Positions 1 to 15,549 of a stretch of DNA of 64,000 nt are shown here, piece by piece. The DNA lies in contig OZ059896.1 of assembly GCA_964057225.1 (NCBI GenBank), positions 3,658,001 through 3,722,000 on the forward strand, read 5' to 3'. The notes beneath the pieces are model-generated. The model was not told the origin of the DNA. It searched no databases and saw nothing but the letters and a program-made list of their open reading frames with translations. Both the position numbers and the translations under genes were made by a program. This stretch comes from Auanema rhodensis. Its lineage: Eukaryota; Animalia; Nematoda. Within the stretch, counting starts at the first letter, position 1. Each line of letters starts with the position of its first letter.

Positions 1-704
1 AATTTCAAAGTCATGGTTACCATGCACCAATATCAATAAAAATTTGTTTTTAGACTAATTTGAACATGGGGAATCTAATTTTGAAAACCGCATCTCTTTA
101 TCTTTCAAGTGAAGCGAGTTACATACCAAGTGCACATCACGTGTACATTTAATTAGCATAAATTAAAGTTCACGTAAATTTCAAAGTCATGGTTACCATG
201 AACCAATATCAATAAAAATTTGTTTTTAGACTAATATGGACATGGGGAATCTAATTTTGAAAACCGCATCTCTTTATCTTTCACGTGAAGCGAGTTACAT
301 ACCAAGTGCACATCACGTGTACACTTAATTAGCATAAATTAAAGTTCACGTAAATTTCAAAGTCATGGTTACCATGCACCAATATCAATAAAAATTTGTT
401 TTTAGACTAATATGGACATGGGGAATCTAATTTTGAAAACCGCATCTCTTTATCTTCCACGTGAAGCGAGTTACATACCAAGTGCACATCACGTGTACAT
501 TTAATTAGCATAAATTAAAGTTCACGTAAATTTCAAAGTCATGGTTACCATGCACCAATATCAATAAAAATTTGTTTTTAGACTAATATGGACATGAGGA
601 ATCTAATTTTGAAAACCGCATCTCTTTATCTTCCACGTGAAGCGAGTTACATACCAAGTGCACATCACGTGTACATTTAATTAGCATAAATTAAAGTTCA
701 CGTA

Positions 705-3700
705 AATTTCAAAGTCATGGTTACCATGCACCAATATTAATAAAAATTTGTTTTTAGACTAATATGGACATGAGGAATCTAATTTTGAAAACCGCATCTC
801 TTTATCTTCCACGTGAAGCGAGTTACATACCAAGTGCACATCACGTGTACATTTAATTAGCATAAATTAAAGTTCACGTAAATTTCAAAGTCATGGTTAC
901 CGTGAACCAATATCAATAAAAATTTGTTTTTAGACTAATATGGACATGGGGAATCTAATTTTGAAAACCGCATCTCTTTATCTTTCACGTGAAGCGAGTT
1001 ACATACCAAGTGCACATCACGTGTACATTTAATTAGCATAAATTAAAGTTCACGTAAATTTCAAAGTCATGGTTACCATGCACCAATATCAATAAAAATT
1101 TGTTTTTAGACTAATTTGAACATGGGGAATCTAATTTTGAAAACCGCATCTCTTTATCTTTCAAGTGAAGCGAGTTACATACCAAGTGCACATCACGTGT
1201 ACATTTAATTAGCATAAATTAAAGTTCACGTAAATTTCAAAGTCATGGTTACCATGAACCAATATCAATAAAAATTTGTTTTTAGACTAATATGGACATG
1301 GGGAATCTAATTTTGAAAACCGCATCTCTTTATCTTTCACGTGAAGCGAGTTACATACCAAGTGCACATCACGTGTACACTTAATTAGCATAAATTAAAG
1401 TTCACGTAAATTTCAAAGTCATGGTTACCATGCACCAATATCAATAAAAATTTGTTTTTAGACTAATATGGACATGGGGAATCTAATTTTGAAAACCGCA
1501 TCTCTTTATCTTTCAAGTGAAGCGAGTTACATACCAAGTGCACATCACGTGTACATTTAATTAGCATAAATTAAAGTTCACGTAAATTTCAAAGTCATGG
1601 TTACCATGCACCAATATCAATAAAAATTTGTTTTTAGACTAATATGGACATGGGGAATCTAATTTTGAAAACCGCATCTCTTTATCTTTCACGTGAAGCG
1701 AGTTACATACCAAGTGCACATCACGTGTACATTTAATTAGCATAAATTAAAGTTCACGTAAATTTCAAAGTCATGGTTACCATGCACCAATATCAATAAA
1801 AATTTGTTTTTAGACTAATATGAACATGGGGAATCTAATTTTGAAAACCGCATCTCTTTATCTTTCACGTGAAGCGAGTTACATACCAAGTGCACATAAC
1901 GTGTACATTTAATTAGCATAAATTAAAGTTCACGTAAATTTCAAAGTCATGGTTACCATGCACCAATATCAATAAAAATTTGTTTTTAGACTAATATGGA
2001 CATGGAGAATCTAATTTTGAAAATCGCATCTCTTTATCTTTCACGTGAAACGAGTTACATACCAAGTGCACATCACGTGTACATTTAATTAGCATAAATT
2101 AAAGTTCACGTAAATTTCAAAGTCATGGTTACCATGAACCAATATCAATAAAAATTTGTTTTTAGACTAATATGGACATGGGGAATCTAATTTTGAAAAC
2201 CGCATCTCTTTATCTTTCACGTGAAGCGAGTTACATACCAAGTGCACATCACGTGTACATTTAATTAGCATAAATTAAAGTTCACGTAAATTTCAAAGTC
2301 ATGGTTACCATGAACCAATATCAATAAAAATTTGTTTTTAGACTAATATGGACATGGGGAATCTAATTTTGAAAACCGCATCTCTCTATCTTTCACGTGA
2401 AGCGAGTTACATACCAAGTGCACATCACGTGTACATTTAATTAGCATAAATTAAAGTTCACGTAAATTTCAAAGTCATGGTTACCATGCACCAATATTAA
2501 TAAAAATTTGTTTTTAAACTAATATGGACATGGGGAATCTAATTTTGAAAACAGCATCTCTTTATCTTTCACGTGAAGCGAGTTACATACCAAGTGCACA
2601 TCACGTGTACATTTAATTAGCATAAATTAAAGTTCACGTAAATTTCAAAGTCATGGTTACCATGAACCAATATCAATAAAAATTTGTTTTTAGACTAATA
2701 TGGACATGGGGAATCTAATTTTGAAAATCGCATCTCTTTATCTTTCACGTGAAGCGAGTTACATACCAAGTGCACATCACGTGTACATTTAATTAGCATA
2801 AATTAAAGTTCACGTAAATTTCAAAGTCATGGTTACCATGCACCAATATCAATAAAAATTTGTTTTTAGACTAATATGAACATGGGGAATCTAATTTTGA
2901 AAATCGCATCTCTTTATCTTTCACGTGAAGCGAATTACATACCAAGTGCACATCACGTGTACATTTAATTAGCATAAATTAAAGTTCACGTAAATTTCAA
3001 AGTCATGGTTACCATGCACCAATATCAATAAAAATTTGTTTTTAGACTAATATGAACATGGGGAATCTAATTTTGAAAACCGCATCTCTTTATCTTTCAC
3101 GTGAAGCGAGTTACATACCAAGTGCACATAACGTGTACATTTAATTAGCATAAATTAAAGTTCACGTAAATTTCAAAGTCATGGTTACCATGCACCAATA
3201 TCAATAAAAATTTGTTTTTAGACTAATATGGACATGGAGAATCTAATTTTGAAAACCGCATCTCTTTATCTTTCACGTGAAGCGAGTTACATACCAAGTG
3301 CACATCACGTGTACATTTAACTAGCATAAATTAATGTTCACGTAAATTTCAAAGTCATGGTTACCATGCACCAATATTAATAAAAATTTGTTTTTAGACT
3401 AATATGAACATGGGGAATCTAATTTTGAAAACCGCATCTCTTTATCTTTCACGTGAAGCGAGTTACATACCAAGTGCACATCACGTGTACATTTAATTAG
3501 CATAAATTAAAGTTCACGTAAATTTCAAAGTCATGGTTACCATGCACCAATATCAATAAAAATTTGTTTTTAGACTAATATGGACATGGAGAATCTAATT
3601 TTGAAAACCGCATCTCTTTATCTTTCACGTGAAGCGAGTTACATACCAAGTGCACATCACGTGTACATTTAATTAGCATAAATTAAAGTTCACGTAAATT

Positions 3701-6700
3701 TCAAAGTCATGGTTACCATGCACCAATATCAATAAAAATTTGTTTTTAGACTAATATGGACATGGGGAATCTAATTTTGAAAACCGCATCTCTTTATCTT
3801 TCACGTGAAGCGAGTTACATACCAAGTGCACATCACGTGTACACTTAATTAGCATAAATTAAAGTTCACGTAAATTTCAAAGTCATGGTTACCATGCACC
3901 AATATCAATAAAAGTTTGTTTTTAGACTAATATGGACATGGGGAATCTAATTTTGAAAACCGCATCTCTTTATCTTTCAAGTGAAGCGAGTTACATACCA
4001 AGTGCACATCACGTGTACATTTAATTAGCATAAATTAAAGTTCACGTAAATTTCAAAGTCATGGTTACCATGCACCAATATCAATAAAAATTTGTTTTTA
4101 GACTAATATGGACATGGGGAATCTAATTTTGAAAATCCCATCTCTTTATCTTTCACGTGAAGCGAGTTACATACCAAGTGCACATCACGTGTACATTTAA
4201 TTAGCATAAATTAAAGTTCACGTAAATTTCAAAGTCATGGTTACCATGAACCAATATCAATAAAAATTTGTTTTTAGACTAATATGGACATGGGGAATCT
4301 AATTTTGAAAACCGCATCTCTTTTTCTTTCACGTGAAGCGAGTTACATACCAAGTGCACATCACGTGTACATTTAATTAGCATAAATTAAAGTTCACGTA
4401 AATTTCAAAGTCATGGTTACCATGCACCAATATCAATAAAAATTTGTTTTTAGACTAATATGGACATGGGGAATCAAATTTTGAAAATCGCATCTCTTTA
4501 TCTTTCACGTGAAGCGAGTTACATACCAAGTGCACATCACGTGTACATTTAATTAGCATAAATTAAAGTTCACGTAAATTTCAAAGTCATGGTTAGCATG
4601 AACCAATATCAATAAAAATTTGTTTTTAGACTAATATGGACATGGGGAATCTAATTTTGAAAACCGCATCTCTTTATCTTTCACGTGAAGCGAGTTACAT
4701 ACCAAGTGCACATCACGTGTACATTTAATTAGCATAAATTAAAGTTCACGTAAATTTCAAAGTCATGGTTACCATGAACCAATATCAATAAAAATTTGTT
4801 TTTAGACTAATTTGAACATGGGGAATCTAATTTTGAAAACCGCATCTCTTTATCTTTCACGTGAAGCGAGTTACATACCAAGTGCACATCACGTGTACAT
4901 TTAATTAGCATAAATTAAAGTTCACGTAAATTTCAAAGTCATGGTTACCATGCACCAATATCAATAAAAATTTGTTTTTAGACTAATTTGAACATGGGGA
5001 ATCTAATTTTGAAAACCGCATCTCTTTATCTTTCAAGTGAAGCGAGTTACATACCAAGTGCACATCACGTGTACATTTAATTAGCATAAATTAAAGTTCA
5101 CGTAAATTTCAAAGTCATGGTTACCATGCACCAATATTAATAAAAATTTGTTTTTAGACTAATAAGGACATGGGGAATCTAATTTTGAAAATCGCATCTC
5201 TTTATCTTTCACGTGAAGCGAGTTACATACCAAGTGCATATCACGTGTACATTTAATTAGCATAAATTAAAGTTCACGTAAATTTCAAAGTCATGGTTAC
5301 CATGAACCAATATCAATAAAAATTTGTTTTTAGACTAATATGGACATGGGGAATCTAATTTTGAAAACCGCATCTCTTTATCTTTCACGTGAAGCGAGTT
5401 ACATACCAAGTGCACATCACGTGTACATTTAATTAGCATAAATTAAAGTTCACGTAAATTTCAAAGTCATGGTTACCATGCACCAATATCAATAAAAATT
5501 TGTTTTTAGACTAATATGGACATGGCGAATCTAATTTTGAAAATCGCATCTCTTTATCTTTCACGTGAAGCGAGTTACATACCAAGTGCACATCACGTGT
5601 ACATTTAATTAGCATAAATTAAAGTTCACGTAAATTTCAAAGTCATGGTTACCATGCACCAATATTAATAAAAATTTGTTTTTAGACTAATATGGACATG
5701 AGGAATCTAATTTTGAAAACCGCATCTCTTTATCTTCCACGTGAAGCGAGTTACATACCAAGTGCACATCACGTGTACATTTAATTAGCATAAATTAAAG
5801 TTCACGTAAATTTCAAAGTCATGGTTACCGTGAACCAATATCAATAAAAATTTGTTTTTAGACTAATATGGACATGGGGAATCTAATTTTGAAAACCGCA
5901 TCTCTTTATCTTTCACGTGAAGCGAGTTACATACCAAGTGCACATCACGTGTACATTTAATTAGCATAAATTAAAGTTCACGTAAATTTCAAAGTCATGG
6001 TTACCATGCACCAATATCAATAAAAATTTGTTTTTAGACTAATTTGAACATGGGGAATCTAATTTTGAAAACCGCATCTCTTTATCTTTCAAGTGAAGCG
6101 AGTTACATACCAAGTGCACATCACGTGTACATTTAATTAGCATAAATTAAAGTTCACGTAAATTTCAAAGTCATGGTTACCATGAACCAATATCAATAAA
6201 AATTTGTTTTTAGACTAATATGGACATGGGGAATCTAATTTTGAAAACCGCATCTCTTTATCTTTCACGTGAAGCGAGTTACATACCAAGTGCACATCAC
6301 GTGTACACTTAATTAGCATAAATTAAAGTTCACGTAAATTTCAAAGTCATGGTTACCATGCACCAATATCAAAAAAAATTTGTTTTTAGACTAATATGGA
6401 CATGGGGAATCTAATTTTGAAAACCGCATCTCTTTATCTTTCAAGTGAAGCGAGTTACATACCAAGTGCACATCACGTGTACATTTAATTAGCATAAATT
6501 AAAGTTCACGTAAATTTCAAAGTCATGGTTACCATGCACCAATATCAATAAAAATTTGTTTTTAGACTAATATGGACATGGGGAATCTAATTTTGAAAAC
6601 CGCATCTCTTTATCTTTCACGTGAAGCGAGTTACATACCAAGTGCACATCACGTGTACATTTAATTAGCATAAATTAAAGTTCACGTAAATTTCAAAGTC

Positions 6701-9700
6701 ATGGTTACCATGCACCAATATCAATAAAAATTTGTTTTTAGACTAATATGAACATGGGGAATCTAATTTTGAAAACCGCATCTCTTTATCTTTCACGTGA
6801 AGCGAGTTACATACCAAGTGCACATAACGTGTACATTTAATTAGCATAAATTAAAGTTCACGTAAATTTCAAAGTCATGGTTACCATGCACCAATATCAA
6901 TAAAAATTTGTTTTTAGACTAATATGGACATGGAGAATCTAATTTTGAAAATCGCATCTCTTTATCTTTCACGTGAAACGAGTTACATACCAAGTGCACA
7001 TCACGTGTACATTTAATTAGCATAAATTAAAGTTCACGTAAATTTCAAAGTCATGGTTACCATGAACCAATATCAATAAAAATTTGTTTTTAGACTAATA
7101 TGGACATGGGGAATCTAATTTTGAAAACCGCATCTCTTTATCTTTCACGTGAAGCGAGTTACATACCAAGTGCACATCACGTGTACATTTAATTAGCATA
7201 AATTAAAGTTCACGTAAATTTCAAAGTCATGGTTACCATGAACCAATATCAATAAAAATTTGTTTTTAGACTAATATGGACATGGGGAATCTAATTTTGA
7301 AAACCGCATCTCTTTATCTTTCACGTGAAGCGAGTTACATACCAAGTGCACATCACGTGTACATTTAATTAGCATAAATTAAAGTTCACGTAAATTTCAA
7401 AGTCATGGTTACCATGCACCAATATTAATAAAAATTTGTTTTTAAACTAATATGGACATGGGGAATCTAATTTTGAAAACAGCATCTCTTTATCTTTCAC
7501 GTGAAGCGAGTTACATACCAAGTGCACATCACGTGTACATTTAATTAGCATAAATTAAAGTTCACGTAAATTTCAAAGTCATGGTTACCATGAACCAATA
7601 TCAATAAAAATTTGTTTTTAGACTAATATGGACATGGGGAATCTAATTTTGAAAATCGCATCTCTTTATCTTTCACGTGAAGCGAGTTACATACCAAGTG
7701 CACATCACGTGTACATTTAATTAGCATAAATTAAAGTTCACGTAAATTTCAAAGTCATGGTTACCATGCACCAATATCAATAAAAATTTGTTTTTAGACT
7801 AATATGGACATGGAGAATCTAATTTTGAAAACCGCATCTCTTTATCTTTCACGTGAAGCGAATTACATACCAAGTGCACATCACGTGTACATTTAATTAG
7901 CATAAATTAAAGTTCACGTAAATTTCAAAGTCATGGTTACCATGCACCAATATCAATAAAAATTTGTTTTTAGACTAATATGAACATGGGGAATCTAATT
8001 TTGAAAACCGCATCTCTTTATCTTTCACGTGAAGCGAGTTACATACCAAGTGCACATAACGTGTACATTTAATTAGCATAAATTAAAGTTCACGTAAATT
8101 TCAAAGTCATGGTTACCATGCACCAATATCAATAAAAATTTGTTTTTAGACTAATATGGACATGGAGAATCTAATTTTGAAAACCGCATCTCTTTATCTT
8201 TCACGTGAAGCGAATTACATACCAAGTGCACATCACGTGTACATTTAATTAGCATAAATTAAAGTTCACGTAAATTTCAAAGTCATGGTTACCATGCACC
8301 AATATCAATAAAAATTTGTTTTTAGACTAATATGAACATGGGGAATCTAATTTTGAAAACCGCATCTCTTTATCTTTCACGTGAAGCGAGTTACATACCA
8401 AGTGCACATAACGTGTACATTTAATTAGCATAAATTAAAGTTCACGTAAATTTCAAAGTCATGGTTACCATGCACCAATATCAATAAAAATTTGTTTTTA
8501 GACTAATATGGACATGGAGAATCTAATTTTGAAAACCGCATCTCTTTATCTTTCACGTGAAGCGAGTTACATACCAAGTGCACATCACGTGTACATTTAA
8601 CTAGCATAAATTAATGTTCACGTAAATTTCAAAGTCATGGTTACCATGCACCAATATTAATAAAAATTTGTTTTTAGACTAATATGAACATGGGGAATCT
8701 AATTTTGAAAACCGCATCTCTTTATCTTTCACGTGAAGCGAGTTACATACCAAGTGCACATCACGTGTACATTTAATTAGCATAAATTAAAGTTCACGTA
8801 AATTTCAAAGTCATGGTTACCATGCACCAATATCAATAAAAATTTGTTTTTAGACTAATATGGACATGGAGAATCTAATTTTGAAAACCGCATCTCTTTA
8901 TCTTTCACGTGAAGCGAGTTACATACCAAGTGCACATCACGTGTACATTTAATTAGCATAAATTAAAGTTCACGTAAATTTCAAAGTCATGGTTACCATG
9001 CACCAATATCAATAAAAATTTGTTTTTAGACTAATATGGACATGGGGAATCTAATTTTGAAAACCGCATCTCTTTATCTTTCACGTGAAGCGAGTTACAT
9101 ACCAAGTGCACATCACGTGTACACTTAATTAGCATAAATTAAAGTTCACGTAAATTTCAAAGTCATGGTTACCATGCACCAATATCAATAAAAGTTTGTT
9201 TTTAGACTAATATGGACATGGGGAATCTAATTTTGAAAACCGCATCTCTTTATCTTTCAAGTGAAGCGAGTTACATACCAAGTGCACATCACGTGTACAT
9301 TTAATTAGCATAAATTAAAGTTCACGTAAATTTCAAAGTCATGGTTACCATGCACCAATATCAATAAAAATTTGTTTTTAGACTAATATGGACATGGGGA
9401 ATCTAATTTTGAAAATCCCATCTCTTTATCTTTCACGTGAAGCGAGTTACATACCAAGTGCACATCACGTGTACATTTAATTAGCATAAATTAAAGTTCA
9501 CGTAAATTTCAAAGTCATGGTTACCATGAACCAATATCAATAAAAATTTGTTTTTAGACTAATATGGACATGGGGAATCTAATTTTGAAAACCGCATCTC
9601 TTTTTCTTTCACGTGAAGCGAGTTACATACCAAGTGCACATCACGTGTACATTTAATTAGCATAAATTAAAGTTCACGTAAATTTCAAAGTCATGGTTAC

Positions 9701-10912
9701 CATGCACCAATATCAATAAAAATTTGTTTTTAGACTAATATGGACATGGGGAATCAAATTTTGAAAATCGCATCTCTTTATCTTTCACGTGAAGCGAGTT
9801 ACATACCAAGTGCACATCACGTGTACATTTAATTAGCATAAATTAAAGTTCACGTAAATTTCAAAGTCATGGTTAGCATGAACCAATATCAATAAAAATT
9901 TGTTTTTAGACTAATATGGACATGGGGAATCTAATTTTGAAAACCGCATCTCTTTATCTTTCACGTGAAGCGAGTTACATACCAAGTGCACATCACGTGT
10001 ACATTTAATTAGCATAAATTAAAGTTCACGTAAATTTCAAAGTCATGGTTACCATGAACCAATATCAATAAAAATTTGTTTTTAGACTAATTTGAACATG
10101 GGGAATCTAATTTTGAAAACCGCATCTCTTTATCTTTCACGTGAAGCGAGTTACATACCAAGTGCACATCACGTGTACATTTAATTAGCATAAATTAAAG
10201 TTCACGTAAATTTCAAAGTCATGGTTACCATGCACCAATATCAATAAAAATTTGTTTTTAGACTAATTTGAACATGGGGAATCTAATTTTGAAAACCGCA
10301 TCTCTTTATCTTTCAAGTGAAGCGAGTTACATACCAAGTGCACATCACGTGTACATTTAATTAGCATAAATTAAAGTTCACGTAAATTTCAAAGTCATGG
10401 TTACCATGCACCAATATTAATAAAAATTTGTTTTTAGACTAATAAGGACATGGGGAATCTAATTTTGAAAATCGCATCTCTTTATCTTTCACGTGAAGCG
10501 AGTTACATACCAAGTGCATATCACGTGTACATTTAATTAGCATAAATTAAAGTTCACGTAAATTTCAAAGTCATGGTTACCATGAACCAATATCAATAAA
10601 AATTTGTTTTTAGACTAATATGGACATGGGGAATCTAATTTTGAAAACCGCATCTCTTTATCTTTCACGTGAAGCGAGTTACATACCAAGTGCACATCAC
10701 GTGTACATTTAATTAGCATAAATTAAAGTTCACGTAAATTTCAAAGTCATGGTTACCATGCACCAATATCAATAAAAATTTGTTTTTAGACTAATATGGA
10801 CATGGCGAATCTAATTTTGAAAATCGCATCTCTTTATCTTTCACGTGAAGCGAGTTACATACCAAGTGCACATCACGTGTACATTTAATTAGCATAAATT
10901 AAAGTTCACGTA
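705..10912 (+). repeat. Tandem duplication of a 28-monomer block (705-5632 -> 5633-10912; second copy has 30 monomers)
   Basis: Rare variants recur at +4928 (ACCGTG 902/5830), then at +5280 (AATCCCA ~4135/9415; GGTTAGC 4591/9871) after an extra dimer at ~7.8-8.4 kb. Confidence 0.9.
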
Positions 10913-13900
10913 AATTTCAAAGTCATGGTTACCATGAACCAATATCAATAAAAATTTGTTTTTAGACTAATATGGACATGGCGAATCTAATTTTGAAAAC
11001 CGCATCTCTTTATCTTTCACGTGAAGCGAGTTACATACCAAGTGCACATCACGTGTACATTTAATTAGCATAAATTGAAGTTCACGTAAATTTCAAAGTC
11101 ATGGTTACCATGCACCAATATCATTAAAAATTTGTTTTTAGACTAATATGGACATGGGGAATCTAATTTTGAAAATCGCATATCTTTATCTTTCACGTGA
11201 AGCGAGTTACATACCAAGTGCACATCACGTGTACATTTAATTAGCATAAATTAAAGTTCACGTAAATTTCAAAGTCATGGTTACCATGAACCAATATCAA
11301 TAAAAATTTGTTTTTAGACTAATATGGACATGGGGAATCTAATTTTGAAAACCGCATCTCTTTATCTTTCACGTGAAGCGAGTTACATACCAAGTGCACA
11401 TCACGTGTACATTTAATTAGCATAAATTAAAGTTCACGTAAATTTCAAAGTCATGGTTACCATGAACCAATATCAATAAAAATTTGTTTTTAGACTAATA
11501 TGGACATGGGGAATCTAATTTTGAAAACCGCATCTCTTTATCTTTCACGTGAAGCGAGTTACATACCAAGTGCACATCACGTGTACATTTAATTAGCATA
11601 AATTAAAGTTCACGTAAATTTCAAAGTCATGGTTACCATGAACCAATATCAATAAAAATTTGTTTTTAGACTAATATGGACATGGGGAATCTAATTTTGA
11701 AAACCGCACCTCTTTATCTTTCACGTGAAGCGAGTTACATACCAAGTGCACATCACGTGTACATTTAATTAGCATAAATTAAAGTTCACGTAAATTTCAA
11801 AGTCATGGTTACCATGCACCAATATCAATAAAAATTTGTTTTTAGACTAATTTGGACATGGGGAATCTAATTTTGAAAACCGCATCTCTTTATCTTTCAA
11901 GTGAAGCGAGTTACATACCAAGTGCACATCACGTGTACATTTAATTAGCATAAATTAAAGTTCACGTAAATTTCAAAGTCATGGTTACCATGCACCAATA
12001 TTAATAAAAATTTGTTTTTAGACTAATATGGACATGAGGAATCTAATTTTGAAAACCGCATCTCTTTATCTTTCACGTGAAGCGAGTTACATACCAAGTG
12101 CACATCACGTGTACATTTAATTAGCATAAATTAAAGTTCACGTAAATTTCAAAGTCATGGTTACCATGAACCAATATCAATAAAAATTTGTTTTTAGACT
12201 AATATGGACATGGGGAATCTAATTTTGAAAACCGCATCTCTTTATCTTTCACGTGAAGCGAGTTACATACCAAGTGCACATCACGTGTACATTTAATTAG
12301 CATAAATTAAAGTTCACGTAAATTTCAAAGTCATGGTTACCATGCACCAATATCAATAAAAATTTGTTTTTAGACTAATTTGAACATGGGGAATCTAATT
12401 TTGAAAACCGCATCTCTTTATCTTTCAAGTGAAGCGAGTTACATACCAAGTGCACATCACGTGTACATTTAATTAGCATAAATTAAAGTTCACGTAAATT
12501 TCAAAGTCATGGTTACCATGCACCAATATTAATAAAAATTTGTTTTTAGACTAATAAGGACATGGGGAATCTAATTTTGAAAATCGCATCTCTTTATCTT
12601 TCACGTGAAGCGAGTTACATACCAAGTGCATATCACGTGTACATTTAATTAGCATAAATTAAAGTTCACGTAAATTTCAAAGTCATGGTTACCATGAACC
12701 AATATCAATAAAAATTTGTTTTTAGACTAATATGGACATGGGGAATCTAATTTTGAAAACCGCATCTCTTTATCTTTCACGTGAAGCGAGTTACATACCA
12801 AGTGCACATCACGTGTACATTTAATTAGCATAAATTAAAGTTCACGTAAATTTCAAAGTCATGGTTACCATGCACCAATATCAATAAAAATTTGTTTTTA
12901 GACTAATATAGACATGGGGAATCTAATTTTGAAAATCGCATCTCTTTATCTTTCACGTGAAGCGAGTTACATACCAAGTGCACATCACGTGTACATTTAA
13001 TTAGCATAAATTAAAGTTCACGTAAATTTCAAAGTCATGGTTACCATGAACCAATATCAATAAAAATTTGTTTTTAGACTAATATGGACATGGCGAATCT
13101 AATTTTGAAAACCGCATCTCTTTATCTTTCACGTGAAGCGAGTTACATACCAAGTGCACATCACGTGTACATTTACTTAGCATAAATTAAAGTTCACGTA
13201 AATTTCAAAGTCATGGTTACCATGAACCAATATCAATAAAAATTTGTTTTTAGACTAATATGGACATGGGGAATCTAATTTTGAAAACCGCATCTCTTTA
13301 TCTTTCACGTGAAGCGAGTTACATACCAAGTGCACATCACGTGTACATTTAATTAGCATAAATTAAAGTTCACGTAAATTTCAAAGTCATGGTTACCATG
13401 CACCAATATCAATAAAAATTTGTTTTTAGACTAATATGGACATGGGGAATCTAATTTTGAAAACCGCATCTCTTTATCTTTCAAGTGAAGCGAGTTACAT
13501 ACCAAGTGCACATCACGTGTACATTTAATTAGCATAAATTAAAGTTCACGTAAATTTCAAAGTCATGGTTACCATGCACCAATATCAATAAAAATTTGTT
13601 TTTAGACTAATTTGGACATGGGGAATCTAATTTTGAAAACCGCATCTCTTTATCTTTCAAGTGAAGCGAGTTACATACCAAGTGCACATCACGTGTACAT
13701 TTAATTAGCATAAATTAAAGTTCACGTAAATTTCAAAGTCATGGTTACCATGCACCAATATTAATAAAAATTTGTTTTTAGACTAATATGGACATGAGGA
13801 ATCTAATTTTGAAAACCGCATCTCTTTATCTTTCACGTGAAGCGAGTTACATACCAAGTGCACATCACGTGTACATTTAATTAGCATAAATTAAAGTTCA

Positions 13901-15549
13901 CGTAAATTTCAAAGTCATGGTTACCATGAACCAATATCAATAAAAATTTGTTTTTAGACTAATATGGACATGGGGAATCTAATTTTGAAAACCGCATCTC
14001 TTTATCTTTCACGTGAAGCGAGTTACATACCAAGTGCACATCACGTGTAAATTTAATTAGCATAAATTAAAGTTCACGTAAATTTCAAAGTCATGGTTAC
14101 CATGCACCAATATCAATAAAAATTTGTTTTTAGACTAATTTGAACATGGGGAATCTAATTTTGAAAACCGCATCTCTTTATCTTTCAAGTGAAGCGAGTT
14201 ACATACCAAGTGCACTTCACGTTTACATTTAATTAGCATAAATTAAAGTTCACGTAAATTTCAAAGTCATGGTTACCATGAACCAATATCAATAAAAATT
14301 TGTTTTTAAACTAATATGGACATGGGGAATCTAATTTTGAAAACCGCATCTCTTTATCTTTCACGTGAAGCGAGTTACATACCAAGTGCATATCACGTGT
14401 ACATTTAATTAGCATAAATTAAAGTTCACGTAAATTTCAAAGTCATGGTTACCATGAACCAATATCAATAAAAATTTGTTTTAAACTAATATGGACATGG
14501 GGAATCTAATTTTGAAAACCGCATCTCTTTATCTTTCACGTGAAGCGAGTTACATACCTAGTGCACATCACGTGTACATTTAATTAGCATAAATTAAAGT
14601 TCACGTAAATTTCAAAGTCATGGTTACCATGCACCAATATCAATAAAAATTTGTTTTTAAACTAATATGGACATGGGGAATCTAATTTTGAAAACCGCAT
14701 CTCTTTATCTTTCACGTGAAGCGAGTTACATACCTAGTGCACATCACGTGTACATTTAATTAGCATAAATTAAAGTTCACGTAAATTTCAAAGTCATGGT
14801 TACCATGAACCAATATCAATAAAAATTTGTTTTTAGACTAATATGGACATGGGGAATCTAATTTTGAAAACCGCATCTCTTTATCTTTCACGTGAAGCGA
14901 GTTACATACCAAGTGCACATCACGTGTACATTTAATTAGCATAAATTAAAGTTCACGTAAATTTCAAAGTCATGGTTACCATGCACCAATATCAATAAAA
15001 ATTTGTTTTTAGACTAATATGGACATGGGGAATCTAATTTTGAAAACAGCATCTCTTTATCTTTCAAGTGAAGCGAGTTACATACCAAGTGCACATCACG
15101 TGTACATTTAATTAGCATAAATTAAAGTTCACGTAAATTTCAAAGTCATGGTTACCATGCACCAATATCAATAAAAATTTGTTTTTAGACTAATATGGAC
15201 ATGGGGAATCTAATTTTGAAAATCGCATCTCTTTATCTTTCACGTGAAGCGAGTTACATACCAAGTGCACATCACGTGTACATTTAATTAGCATAAATTA
15301 AAGTTCACGTAAATTTCAAAGTCATGGTTACCATGCACCAATATCAATAAAAATTTGTTTTTAGACTAATATGGACATGGGGAATCTAATTTTGAAAATA
15401 GCATCTCTTTATCTTTCACGTGAAGCGAGTTACATACCAAGTGCACATCACGTGTACATTTAATTAGCATAAATTAAAGTTCACGTAAATTTCAAAGTCA
15501 TGGTTACCATGAACCAATATCAATAAAAATTTGTTTTTAGACTAATATG

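Noticed and set aside
1-176. Identity with known ~171-178-bp satellites (alpha satellite, Arabidopsis CEN178, Brassica CentBr) or a CENP-B box
   Set aside because: Only the length is similar. I recognise no sequence similarity, and the CENP-B box core (TTCG-N4-A-N2-CGGG) is absent. A database search is needed to name the family.
136-176. Budding-yeast point centromere (CDEI-II-III)
   Set aside because: Only the CDEI-like octamer is present; there is no long >90% AT CDEII or CDEIII, and the context is a tandem array.
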